Below, in pieces: positions 9,227-17,756 of a stretch of DNA of 64,000 nt. The position numbers and the translations under genes were made by a program. Each line of letters opens with the position of its first letter. The first letter of the stretch is position 1. The notes beneath the pieces are model-generated. The model was not told the DNA's origin and searched no databases. It was given only the letters and a program-made list of their open reading frames with translations. Source of the stretch: Actinomycetes bacterium (lineage in GTDB: Bacteria; Actinomycetota; Thermoleophilia; BMS3ABIN01); assembly GCA_021785935.1 (NCBI GenBank), contig JAJYOG010000007.1:417-64416 (forward strand), read 5' to 3'.

Positions 9227-10024
9227 TCATCCCAGCACCTTCTCGAGGGCGGCTTCATTTTTCGACAAGCCCATGTAGAACACGTTTGGCTTGACCTCGA
9301 GGTTGGGCCTCAGCACCTGAACATTGCCGTCGGCTATCTGCCTGGCGACCTTCTCTTTATGGTCGTTGCGATTGCCGAAAGTAAGCGCCTTATGCGGACA
9401 CGCCTCAACACAGGCAGGAAGTTCACCGGCATCAAGGTCCTTGTGGGCGCAGAAAGTACACTTGGTCGCGACACCCAGCATCATGGCCGGCACCTTTTTA
9501 TTCTGCTCGTCGCGAGGCGTCGGGTTGTCACGGAAAACAATAGTCCTGGCCCGGTATGGACAGGCGATTACGCAGTAACGGCAGCCAATGCAACGATGCT
9601 CGTCGATAAGGACGATTCCGTCTTTTTCACGCCGGAAAGATGCCTTGGTCACGCAGACATGCACGCAGGGAGGATCAATACAGTGCTGACAGAGCAAGGG
9701 TAACGGGCGTTCTTCGGCGCCAGGCAGGTCCTGCTTCATCTCAGCGACCCGGATCCAGTACGGTGTGTAGCGCTTGGCGTCCTCGCCATAAACAGCTTCC
9801 AGGTCGGGCACGTTGTTTTCTTCCCGGCAAGCCTGCTCACAGACCTTGCAGCCGTTGCACTTGTTAAGGTCAACGGTCATGGAATACTGCATCTGGCTGG
9901 TGGTTGCCGACGAAGCCATGGAGGAGGTAACCAGCAACTGGGACGCAGGCATGGCCGCACCCGCGGCGGCTATCAAACCGCCGAGCTTAAGAAACGTCCT
10001 TCTGTCCATTCCTTCATTTGCCAT
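9227..10024 (-). CDS. dsrO: DsrO, periplasmic Tat-exported 4x[4Fe-4S] ferredoxin-like subunit
   Basis: 265 aa. Twin-arginine signal MDRRTFLKLGGLIAAAGAA. Multiple CxxCxxCxxxCP motifs. Confidence 0.85.
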   Translation of the reverse strand: MANEGMDRRTFLKLGGLIAAAGAAMPASQLLVTSSMASSATTSQMQYSMTVDLNKCNGCKVCEQACREENNVPDLEAVYGEDAKRYTPYWIRVAEMKQDLPGAEERPLPLLCQHCIDPPCVHVCVTKASFRREKDGIVLIDEHRCIGCRYCVIACPYRARTIVFRDNPTPRDEQNKKVPAMMLGVATKCTFCAHKDLDAGELPACVEACPHKALTFGNRNDHKEKVARQIADGNVQVLRPNLEVKPNVFYMGLSKNEAALEKVLG

Positions 10025-10078
10025 CTTATAACCTTTTCTCCCTTGGTTTTATTGCCCGCAAGGCGCTATAGCCGGGGG

Positions 10079-10507
10079 TTACTGGACTCCTCTTGGCCGG
10101 AAAGATGCCGGCTGATCCTCAGTTGAGTGACAGCCGCCAGTCTTATCCATGCAGCCAGGCTCAACGCCGTTGTACTTGTGACACTCCGCACAGAAATCTT
10201 CATACTTGTGACAGCTGAAGCAGCGCTCAATGGTCAGACGCTGCATCTTGTCATTGTGGAGGCCCTCCCTGACTATCTGAACGCGAGCATCCTTTAGTTC
10301 TTTCATATGATTGACACGCATATAATTTTTGGTCTCTTCCCTTGTGCCTCCAACGGGCTCAACGCATCTTACCGCGTCAGAATCGGTGCCCTTGGTCAGG
10401 TCGGGCTGGGCTTCAGGACTGAAGATCTTGCCGCTGGCGGCGTTCACTATTACCGGCGAGGCCAGAACAAGCAGAAAGACGATGGTTGCGATAACGGCCT
10501 TTTTCAT
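10079..10507 (-). CDS. dsrJ: DsrJ, periplasmic triheme cytochrome c
   Basis: 142 aa. Signal peptide MKKAVIATIVFLLVLASPVIVNA. Three heme-binding motifs (CFSCH, CAECH, CMDKTGGCH). Start overlaps the dsrK stop. Confidence 0.85.
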   Translation of the reverse strand: MKKAVIATIVFLLVLASPVIVNAASGKIFSPEAQPDLTKGTDSDAVRCVEPVGGTREETKNYMRVNHMKELKDARVQIVREGLHNDKMQRLTIERCFSCHKYEDFCAECHKYNGVEPGCMDKTGGCHSTEDQPASFRPRGVQ

Positions 10508-12084
10508 TCTTTTGCTCCCAGTTCGATGGCGTTGGCAATAAGCTGGTGGACGCCGCCGGCTACATTCATGGGCACATCATATTTGGGAAGGATCTTGGTG
10601 AACTGCGCCTTGCAAATTGCGCAGATAAGAGCGAGGAAGTTGACGCCGTGCGTCTCCTGAACCTTGCTGAATGCCTGCATGCGGGGCATTGCTCCCTGAA
10701 CGCGAAGCTCGAGCAGATCGTCGGTCAAAAGGCCGCCGCCACCGCCGCAACAGAAGGTCTTCTCCATAATGGTTTCCTCATCCATCTCCACGTAGCGGTT
10801 GCAGCTGGCTTTGATCAGATCGCGCGGGGTGGTGAACTGCCCGCCGGGTTTGTCACCCATCCTGGCTCCACGGGCCACATTGCATGAGTCATGCATGGTG
10901 ACCACGAATTCATCGTTCTGTGACTTGTCGAGCTTGATGCCGCCTCGATTCACCAGGTCGAGCGTGAATTCGCAAATATGTTGCGGCCTCTTGAAGTTGG
11001 GATCAAGCGTATCGAAGGGGCCGATGAGGGTATTCCAGAAGGAATAGGCAATCCTCCAGGCGTGGCCGCACTCGCCGACGATCAGGCGCTTGGGCTTGAT
11101 CTCCGCGATCGCGTTTTTGACGCGCGTCGCCACTTTTTGCATCTGGCCGTAATTGCCAATGAACATGCCGAAATTGCCGGCCTCGGAAGCTGTGGAGCTG
11201 AACGTCCAGCTGATTCCGGCCTGGTGAAATACCTTGGCGTAACCGAGAAGCGATTCCACGTGCGGCGAAGCGAAAAAGTCCGCCGACGGTGTTACCATGA
11301 GCACTTCAGCGCCTACCTCATCCAGGGGAAGCCGGATCTTTTGGCCGGTCTCCTCCTCGAGATCTTCTTCCGTCGACTCAAGAGTCGCCTTGAGCGCCTT
11401 GGGGTTCATTCCCAGGTTGTTACCAATGTCGTGAACCTTGGCGATGATGTCGTTTGTGTACTTCTGGCCGACACCGATGTGATCCATGATCTCGCGCGCC
11501 GCCATTGAAATCTCGGCGGTATCGATGCCGTAGGGGCAAAATACCGAGCAGCGGCGGCACTGGGAGCACTGGTGGAAGTAGCTGTACCACTCGCCCAGCA
11601 GATCGAGGTCGAATCTTTCCGCGCCGGCGATCTTGCCAAGGATTTTACCTTCGGTCGTGAAATATTTGCGGTAAACCTTGCGGAACAGCTCGGCGCGCGC
11701 CACAGGCATGTTCCGGCCATCCTGCGTGCCAATAAAATAGTGGCATTTGTCGGTACAGGAGCCGCACTTGACGCAAATGTCCATGTAGACCTGGAGCGAC
11801 TTGTACTTCTTGAGCAGCTCGGCCATCTTGGCGATGGCGGCGTCATGCCAGTCTTCACGCAGATCACCGGGGAAGCCCAGCTTCTCCATTGATTCTGACT
11901 TGCAGAGATATGGCTTGTGATTGGCAACGTCGCGCTCAACATGCGGTATCTTGATCTGCCCGGTAAGCTCATCGCCGTGGACGTCCTTTGGCTTTTTGCG
12001 CTCAGCCTTGGGCTCACCGACCTTTTCGAGGTCAGTTAAAACTTTTGGTTCTTCTTCGGTTACTGCTGCCTCATTGTCTGCCAT
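10504..12084 (-). CDS. dsrK: DsrK, cytoplasmic HdrD-like catalytic subunit with CCG domains and FeS clusters
   Basis: 526 aa. CxxCxxCxxxC motifs (CVKCGSCTDKCHY; CSQCRRCSVFCPYG) and a Cys-rich CCG-like C-terminal half (FCCGGGGG). Sits between dsrC and dsrJ. Confidence 0.85.
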   Translation of the reverse strand: MADNEAAVTEEEPKVLTDLEKVGEPKAERKKPKDVHGDELTGQIKIPHVERDVANHKPYLCKSESMEKLGFPGDLREDWHDAAIAKMAELLKKYKSLQVYMDICVKCGSCTDKCHYFIGTQDGRNMPVARAELFRKVYRKYFTTEGKILGKIAGAERFDLDLLGEWYSYFHQCSQCRRCSVFCPYGIDTAEISMAAREIMDHIGVGQKYTNDIIAKVHDIGNNLGMNPKALKATLESTEEDLEEETGQKIRLPLDEVGAEVLMVTPSADFFASPHVESLLGYAKVFHQAGISWTFSSTASEAGNFGMFIGNYGQMQKVATRVKNAIAEIKPKRLIVGECGHAWRIAYSFWNTLIGPFDTLDPNFKRPQHICEFTLDLVNRGGIKLDKSQNDEFVVTMHDSCNVARGARMGDKPGGQFTTPRDLIKASCNRYVEMDEETIMEKTFCCGGGGGLLTDDLLELRVQGAMPRMQAFSKVQETHGVNFLALICAICKAQFTKILPKYDVPMNVAGGVHQLIANAIELGAKE

Positions 12085-12178
12085 TTAATTCTTGTCCTTT
12101 CGGATACCAAAAGCGCCGTGTCGGCACTGAAAAGTAGCCTCATCTGCTTTCCGAACGAAGAAATTATCGCCCGCCCCT

Positions 12179-12231
12179 CACAAAAAACAGGACGGAGGCC
12201 GGCCGCACCGGAATCTGCCCGGCCGGCCTCC
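12179..12231 (-). terminator. Intrinsic terminator/attenuator immediately downstream of dsrC (GGAGGCCGGCC-N16-GGCCGGCCTCC followed by GTCCTGTTTTTTGTG on the minus strand)
   Basis: Read directly: an 11-bp perfect GC stem plus a T6 tract on the coding (minus) strand, about 30 nt after the dsrC stop and upstream of dsrK. Confidence 0.6.
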
Positions 12232-12263
12232 GGTTTATACGCCCTAAAAAACGACTGGCTGGT

Positions 12264-12596
12264 TTAGACGCAGCCGGTCGGTTTCGGGAGCCCGGCGATT
12301 TTGCAAGCCTGGAGGGCCGGACCCGCCGGATAAAGGTCATACAGATAAGCGCTGTTGCCCTTTTCCGGACCGAACATTTTCTTCATTTCCTTGATCAGGA
12401 TCTTGATGGCGGGAGCGATGTTGTACTCCGCGTAGTAGTTGCGCAGGAAGTTGACAACTTCCCAGTGGGCTTCGGTCATCTCAACGCCCTCGAGATCGGC
12501 GATGTAGTTGGCTACATCCTCATTCCACTCGTCGAGGTTGATAAGATAGCCATCGTCATCCGTCTCATAGGTTTTGCCATTAATCTCAAAGCTCAT
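12264..12596 (-). CDS. dsrC: DsrC, sulfur-carrier/co-substrate protein of DsrAB
   Basis: 110 aa ending ...ACKIAGLPKPTGCV, the diagnostic C-terminal arm with two conserved Cys. AGGAGG RBS 7 nt upstream of the ATG. Confidence 0.9.
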   Translation of the reverse strand: MSFEINGKTYETDDDGYLINLDEWNEDVANYIADLEGVEMTEAHWEVVNFLRNYYAEYNIAPAIKILIKEMKKMFGPEKGNSAYLYDLYPAGPALQACKIAGLPKPTGCV

Positions 12597-12635
12597 TTTC
12601 CATTTCCTCCTGTTTCGTTGTGACTTTTCTATTTA

Positions 12636-12940
12636 TTTCCCGGGCGAATGATGATCCGTGCTCCCGGCCTTCGTTTCCCGGGAACTGATTATTCCTTACC
12701 CGGACTTTCATTTCCCGGGGACATGATTATTCGTGTCCCTGGACTTTCATTTCCCGGGGACATGATTATTCGTGTCCCTGGACTTTCATTTCCCGGGGAC
12801 ATGATTATTCGTGTCCCTGGACTATATTGAGAGCAGCTTGCTCGCTGGAGCGCCTCTCACTAAACCTTTTATTTCCCCGAGAATAGGTCGTATCCCGGGA
12901 AATTCGTTCCCCGGGGACATGATCATTCGTGTCCCCGGAC
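12636..12940. repeat. Tandem array of about 6 hairpin-forming ~39-bp units (GGACTTTCATTTCCCGGGGACATGATTATTCGTGTCCCT) in the dsrM-dsrC spacer
   Basis: Three identical 39-bp units at 12702-12740, 12741-12779 and 12780-12818. Degenerate units at 12636-12669 and 12670-12705. One further copy at 12907-12940, ending 5 nt from the dsrM stop. Each unit contains the inverted repeat GGGGACA-N10-TGTCCC(C/T). Confidence 0.85.
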
Positions 12941-12945
12941 TCTAC

Positions 12946-13716
12946 TTATCCGGATGCTTCCATTGCCTCTTCCGCTACCGGCGTAGGCTCGGGCTGACCG
13001 CCCTCAGCCCACGGAGCTACTATCCGTTTCTCGCGGGGGTTATCCACCTGGTTGCGGGTCGGGCTGAAGAAGAGGCCCGCAGCGTGCATCAGCTTGCTGA
13101 AGGGAAAATAGGCCAGCAGCAACAAAACCAGACTGAAGTGGATGATAAAAATCGGCTGAGTGGGAAAATCGGCCGGCTTGAAAGCAACCAGGCCCATCAT
13201 GAAATCCTTGACCTGGGCAATGTCGACGCGGAAAAAGTGCTTGGCCAGGCTGCCGGTGCCGGCGATGGCGATCAGCAGGACAAGGAGGAAATAATCGGTC
13301 ATGACCGAGATGAACATGGTGCGGTCGACGATCAGTCTTAGCAGGAACAAAAGGCCAAGGCCGCCCAGCATGATCAGGCCCGGGTACATCTCGAAGGTGT
13401 CGATATAAGCGAGTGCTTCGGGAACGCTGGCGAATACAAAACGGTAATGCTTCACGAGGGCAAGAAGCAGACCAATATGGAAAACATAGCCGGCCAGCCA
13501 GATTACACGGTTACTCTTGAAAAGGCTTTTAAAGAGGACAACTTCGGAGAGGATTCTGGTCGGAACGCCTGAGGCCGTAACGGGCGCCGGAGTCTGCGGA
13601 ATCTTGAGCGGCGCCGGCGTTGACCCGTACTTCCATACCTTGGCGAGAACGCCTACAAGAAAAATTGCAATGGCTGCATACCCGAGAATCGCGAATAATG
13701 CTGTCAAACCGCTCAC
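12946..13716 (-). CDS. dsrM: DsrM, NarI/HdrE-like dihaem b membrane subunit
   Basis: 256 aa, 5-6 TM helices, NarI-like. Lies upstream of dsrC/dsrK. Confidence 0.75.
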   Translation of the reverse strand: MSGLTALFAILGYAAIAIFLVGVLAKVWKYGSTPAPLKIPQTPAPVTASGVPTRILSEVVLFKSLFKSNRVIWLAGYVFHIGLLLALVKHYRFVFASVPEALAYIDTFEMYPGLIMLGGLGLLFLLRLIVDRTMFISVMTDYFLLVLLIAIAGTGSLAKHFFRVDIAQVKDFMMGLVAFKPADFPTQPIFIIHFSLVLLLLAYFPFSKLMHAAGLFFSPTRNQVDNPREKRIVAPWAEGGQPEPTPVAEEAMEASG

Positions 13717-13943
13717 ACCTCTTCCCTTTTGACTGGAGAGTTTTACACTCTACGGACTGACCTGGAAAGGAAAACCGCCCTAAATCCACCCTGGATTAAA
13801 GAGGCCCCCACCCTATACCCCCCGGAGCATTCGCAAAGATATCACCTGGTCCGGAATGTGTCAAACGAAAAGAGACAAATCCGCCCGCCCGGCGCGGCGC
13901 GCCCGCAATGATACCGTAGAGGGTATACGGAGTAAGAGAAAAT

Positions 13944-15341
13944 CTACACCCGTTTGAAACCCATGTCAATAGAGTTATCAGGTTTTTTTACGAAGTCCAC
14001 GAACCCCTCCGCCCAGCCCGGTGAGCCAAGGCTGTGCAGATGGGTATAGGAGGCAAGAACGTTCTTGTAGAGGATGCCGTCATGGACCTTGTCGACGCCG
14101 GAGCCCCGGAGGACCCGGTAAGCGAATGCAGTCCTGGCGGTATCGAGGCCAACTACTTCGGAGTAATGAAATTCGTGGCCGCGGATCTTGAGGCCCGGCC
14201 CGAACCAGTTGCCGGCGCCGGTTGCCTCGAGTTCCATGTAGCCGTGGCCCCTGGGTTTTTCGTGCATAAGGATTTCGCAGGGCAGGGCTCCAACCATCTG
14301 CCGGTTTTCACCCTCCCAGGCCATGGCGCCGGACAGATACATCAGGCCGCCGCACTCGGCATAGACGGGCATCCCGTCCTCAACAGCCGCCTTGATCTGA
14401 ACGCGCAGCGAGGCATTCGCTTCCAGCTCTCGCATGAAGACCTCAGGGAAACCGCCGCCGATGTAGAGGCCATCGACGCTGGGCAATTCTTCGTCCGCCA
14501 GCGGACTGAACGGCAAGAGTTCAGCGCCGGCCGCCCTAAGCGCTTCGAGGTTCTCGGGATAATAAAAAGTGAAGGCGCGGTCCTGGGCTACGCCCAGCCT
14601 GATGACCGGAGCCGGGTGTTTGGCCGTGGCTACATCCAGATCCGGCAGGGGCGGCGCCGCTTCGGCTATCGCCCGCACGCGGTCCAGATCGACGCTCTCG
14701 CTGATGATACGTTCGATCCGTTCGATTATTTCTAACGAACCCGGGGCTTCGCGCGCCGGCTGCAGGCCAAGATGGCGCTGGATGATGCCGATCTCGGGAC
14801 GGCGCCTGATAGCGCCAACCACTTCGATGTCGCAGTAACGCTCGAGCACCTTGCGCAGCTTGTCTTCATGCCTGGGTCCGGAAACCTTGTTGAGGATAAC
14901 TCCGGCGATATTGATGTCGGGTTCGAACCGGGTAAATCCCTGAACCAGCGGAGCGATCGAGCGGGTCATGTTGCGCGTGTTTACCACCAGGATGACCGGC
15001 GCCGACAACTGCCGGGCCAGATCCGCGGTGCTGCCCCTGCCTTCGACATCGATGCTGTCGAAAAGACCCATGTTTCCTTCGACCACCGCGATCCCGGCGC
15101 CGGCGCCGTTGCGGCAGACGGATTTCAGGATCTCCTCATCCCCCATCATGAACTGATCGAGATTACGGCAATCGCGCCCGCTGGCGGAAGCCAGCCACAT
15201 GGGATCGATGAAATCCGGGCCTTTCTTGAATGGCTGCACGGTCAGGCCTGTACGCGCCAGCGAAGCGCAGAGGCCGATGCTGACGGTGGTCTTGCCCGAG
15301 CTGCGGTGGGGCGCGGAAACGATTAGTCTGGGAAGACGCAT
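13944..15341 (-). CDS. dsrN: DsrN, cobyrinic acid a,c-diamide synthase (CbiA)-like amidotransferase (siroheme amidase)
   Basis: 465 aa. N-terminal P-loop ATPase domain (VSAPHRSSGKTTVSIGL) plus C-terminal glutamine amidotransferase domain (AECGGLMYLS). CbiA-like and adjacent to dsrM. Confidence 0.8.
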   Translation of the reverse strand: MRLPRLIVSAPHRSSGKTTVSIGLCASLARTGLTVQPFKKGPDFIDPMWLASASGRDCRNLDQFMMGDEEILKSVCRNGAGAGIAVVEGNMGLFDSIDVEGRGSTADLARQLSAPVILVVNTRNMTRSIAPLVQGFTRFEPDINIAGVILNKVSGPRHEDKLRKVLERYCDIEVVGAIRRRPEIGIIQRHLGLQPAREAPGSLEIIERIERIISESVDLDRVRAIAEAAPPLPDLDVATAKHPAPVIRLGVAQDRAFTFYYPENLEALRAAGAELLPFSPLADEELPSVDGLYIGGGFPEVFMRELEANASLRVQIKAAVEDGMPVYAECGGLMYLSGAMAWEGENRQMVGALPCEILMHEKPRGHGYMELEATGAGNWFGPGLKIRGHEFHYSEVVGLDTARTAFAYRVLRGSGVDKVHDGILYKNVLASYTHLHSLGSPGWAEGFVDFVKKPDNSIDMGFKRV

Positions 15342-15386
15342 CGATCCCTCCGCAAAAAAACGGTTATATGAGACGCTGCTTGTTTT

Positions 15387-16841
15387 TCATTGTGTGCGTG
15401 CATCGAAACTCTGCAGAATCCTCAGGTTGTCTTTGGCATCCTGATATTCAGGATTAATCCGTAAAGCTGTCTGATACTTTTCGAGTGCTTTGTCAAAATG
15501 AGATTCAGCCTTGTATATATTACCCATGATATTGTGCGCCTCAAAATCCAAGGGATCCAGCTCAACATCCTTGCTAAAAGCGGCAATGGCGTCATCATAG
15601 CGATTAGTCATGACGTAGTTCACGCCAATATTGTAATAAGCTCTGGCATAGCCCGGGTCTGTTTGTACTACCTGCATGAATTCGCCCAGCGCCTTGGACA
15701 GCTGGCCACGCTGCTGATAGATGGCACCCAGATTGTTGTGTGGCCTTGCCTTGCCCGGGCTCTTGGCGGCGGTATCCGCCCAGAGAGTTGCCGGGTCGCG
15801 CCAGACGTTGTTTCTGGCGTAGGTTGCTCCCGCCAGGGTGACGGCTATCAGCGCCGCCAACAGTATTACACTCTTGTTGAGCCAGGGAAACCTCCGGGGA
15901 AATATGTCATTCAGCCTGAAGATGCCCGCCGCGGCTAGCGCCCCCACCGCCACGATCAGTCCGATCGAGGGAAGATAGAGCCTGTGCTCAAAGATCACAT
16001 CCGCGATCGGGATTACGCTCGATTCTACGGCCAGAGTGATAAAGAACCAGAAGATGCCGAAGGCCGCAAGCCTCATCAGCGGAGGGCCATTCTTTTTTCC
16101 GGAACGGATGAAGAGGAAGACGCCCAGCGCCGCTATGGCCGCAAGCAGAAGGAAAGACGCGATGACGTTGGGATTAAAGAAAGAGCTATAAATCGGATAG
16201 TCGTAATCAAAATTCTGGCCCACGGGGAAGAAGAAGAGCCGCAGGTAGGTGACGACAACTCGTAGCTGGGTGAAAAAGTAATCGGGGATCGATGGCGGCG
16301 CTGTCTCGCCCTCCGCTGATAGGGTCGGCATATTGCTGGTGAGCCGGCTTAAGGGGATGAGCGGCAGCGCCAGGAAAAAGGGCGCCAGGTTAATCAGGCG
16401 GCGCTTGATCTTTCCCGTAAAGAACGAGAACTCGGTGAGCACCAGTATGATTGGCAGAGTGAAGGCGATCTCCTTGGTGCCGAAGGCCAGCAGCGCCGCA
16501 AGGATCGAAACGCTGTAGGGGACGACCCTTCCGTAGACCGGAGCCGGCGCCTTCCCTTCAGCTTCTGCATCAGCCGCCGTCAGCCTCCACTTAACGAAAG
16601 CAACGAGGGAGAACAGGTAAAACATCGTCGCCAGGGAGGTGAACCTCTGGACCGCGTAGGTGACCGCCTGGGTCTCGATGGGATGAACGGCGAAGATGAG
16701 GCCGGCAAAGAGGGCCAGGAGCAGCGGCCAGGAGCCGGCCGCAGAACCGCCGCCTTCGACAGAACCTCCCTCGGAACCGTCTCCGCCCAGCCCGGCGCGA
16801 AAGAAAGGAGCCTTGAGCAGAAGCAGAACCAGGGCGAACAC
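15387..16841 (-). CDS. Multi-pass membrane protein with C-terminal TPR repeats (PMT/TMTC-like architecture); N-terminus uncertain
   Basis: 484 aa from a GTG. The same frame stays open upstream to 17249 (...RKTTIICLALVALAGLAAYSNTFKVPFEFDDLGTI...) without any ATG/GTG/TTG, so the true start is unclear. C-terminal TPR motifs (AYYNIGVNY; ALEKYQTALRINPEYQDAKDNL). Confidence 0.6.
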   Translation of the reverse strand: MFALVLLLLKAPFFRAGLGGDGSEGGSVEGGGSAAGSWPLLLALFAGLIFAVHPIETQAVTYAVQRFTSLATMFYLFSLVAFVKWRLTAADAEAEGKAPAPVYGRVVPYSVSILAALLAFGTKEIAFTLPIILVLTEFSFFTGKIKRRLINLAPFFLALPLIPLSRLTSNMPTLSAEGETAPPSIPDYFFTQLRVVVTYLRLFFFPVGQNFDYDYPIYSSFFNPNVIASFLLLAAIAALGVFLFIRSGKKNGPPLMRLAAFGIFWFFITLAVESSVIPIADVIFEHRLYLPSIGLIVAVGALAAAGIFRLNDIFPRRFPWLNKSVILLAALIAVTLAGATYARNNVWRDPATLWADTAAKSPGKARPHNNLGAIYQQRGQLSKALGEFMQVVQTDPGYARAYYNIGVNYVMTNRYDDAIAAFSKDVELDPLDFEAHNIMGNIYKAESHFDKALEKYQTALRINPEYQDAKDNLRILQSFDARTQ

Positions 16842-16987
16842 CAGTAGGGCCGTAGTGATATGAATCAGAAGATTGAGGATGTGATAGCCGGTAACCCCCA
16901 GCCCGCCTATCCTGTAATTGAGGGCGAAGGTGAGGAAGCCAACGATCCTCAGGTGGCTTGAGCTGTTAAAGACATTCTGAAAGCTTG

Positions 16988-17629
16988 TTATCGCCGGATT
17001 GCCGGTGATGGTGCCAAGGTCATCGAATTCGAAGGGAACCTTGAAGGTATTGGAATAGGCCGCCAGGCCCGCGAGCGCGACCAGGGCCAGACAGATGATA
17101 GTCGTTTTTCTTGTCTGTCTAATATGCAGGATGAATCCCGGAATGTAACAATCTGGAATTGACCATTGGACTGGAAGCTCTGACCTGCTTGCCCCGGGGC
17201 GTTCCAGGCACTCCGCACCATCTGGATGTTGTCCTTGGCATCCTGAAAATCAGGATTGATCTTGAGGGCTGCCTGATATTCCTGAAGCGCCTTATCGGGA
17301 CGGCTTTGCATGATGTAGACGTTTCCGAGGCTATTATGTGCTTAGTAATTGCCTGCGTCCAGTTCTATCGACTTGCTGAACATTTCCCGTGCGTCGGTCA
17401 AGCGCTGTGCATCAAGATAAAGAACGCCAAGATTGTAATATGCCTTGGAATCATCCGGCTTCAACTGGATGGCAACATTGAATGAGTACTCCGCCATATC
17501 GGTTTGACCGAGTTCCTCATAACTTAGACCTATGGCTCGATAGACATCAGGAAAATCCGGCCTGGAATTGATAGTCTGCACAAATTCATTTAAAGCCTTG
17601 TCCTGCAAGCCTTTTTGCTCATAGATCAT
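16988..17629 (-). pseudogene. Degenerate remnants of a paralogous TPR-repeat gene (frame-shifted fragments)
   Basis: Two short minus-strand ORFs in different frames (16988..17311 and 17342..17629) encode TPR repeats. ALQEYQAALKINPDFQDAKDNIQMV parallels the C-terminus of the adjacent 484-aa protein. No membrane domain accompanies them. Confidence 0.45.
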
Positions 17630-17756
17630 CCCCAGGCTTTAATGCGCCGCGGCATAACCCAAGGAAGGCTCCCGGTTTAAACAGTATCAACATTGTCTCA
17701 TGCCTGTTGTTTTCGGCCAAATCCGGGTTTGGGAGGCAATGGTGTTGCTAAAAATG

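Noticed and set aside
12636-12945. CRISPR array
   Set aside because: The sequences between the palindromes are identical from unit to unit (no unique spacers), the units are only 39 bp in total, and no cas genes are nearby.
12648-13341. Plus-strand ORFs 12648..12830 and 12811..13341 encoding repeated GDMIIRVPGLSFP peptides
   Set aside because: They are produced by translating the 39-bp tandem DNA repeat (39 = 13 codons). They are antisense to dsrM and the dsrC leader and have no start context.
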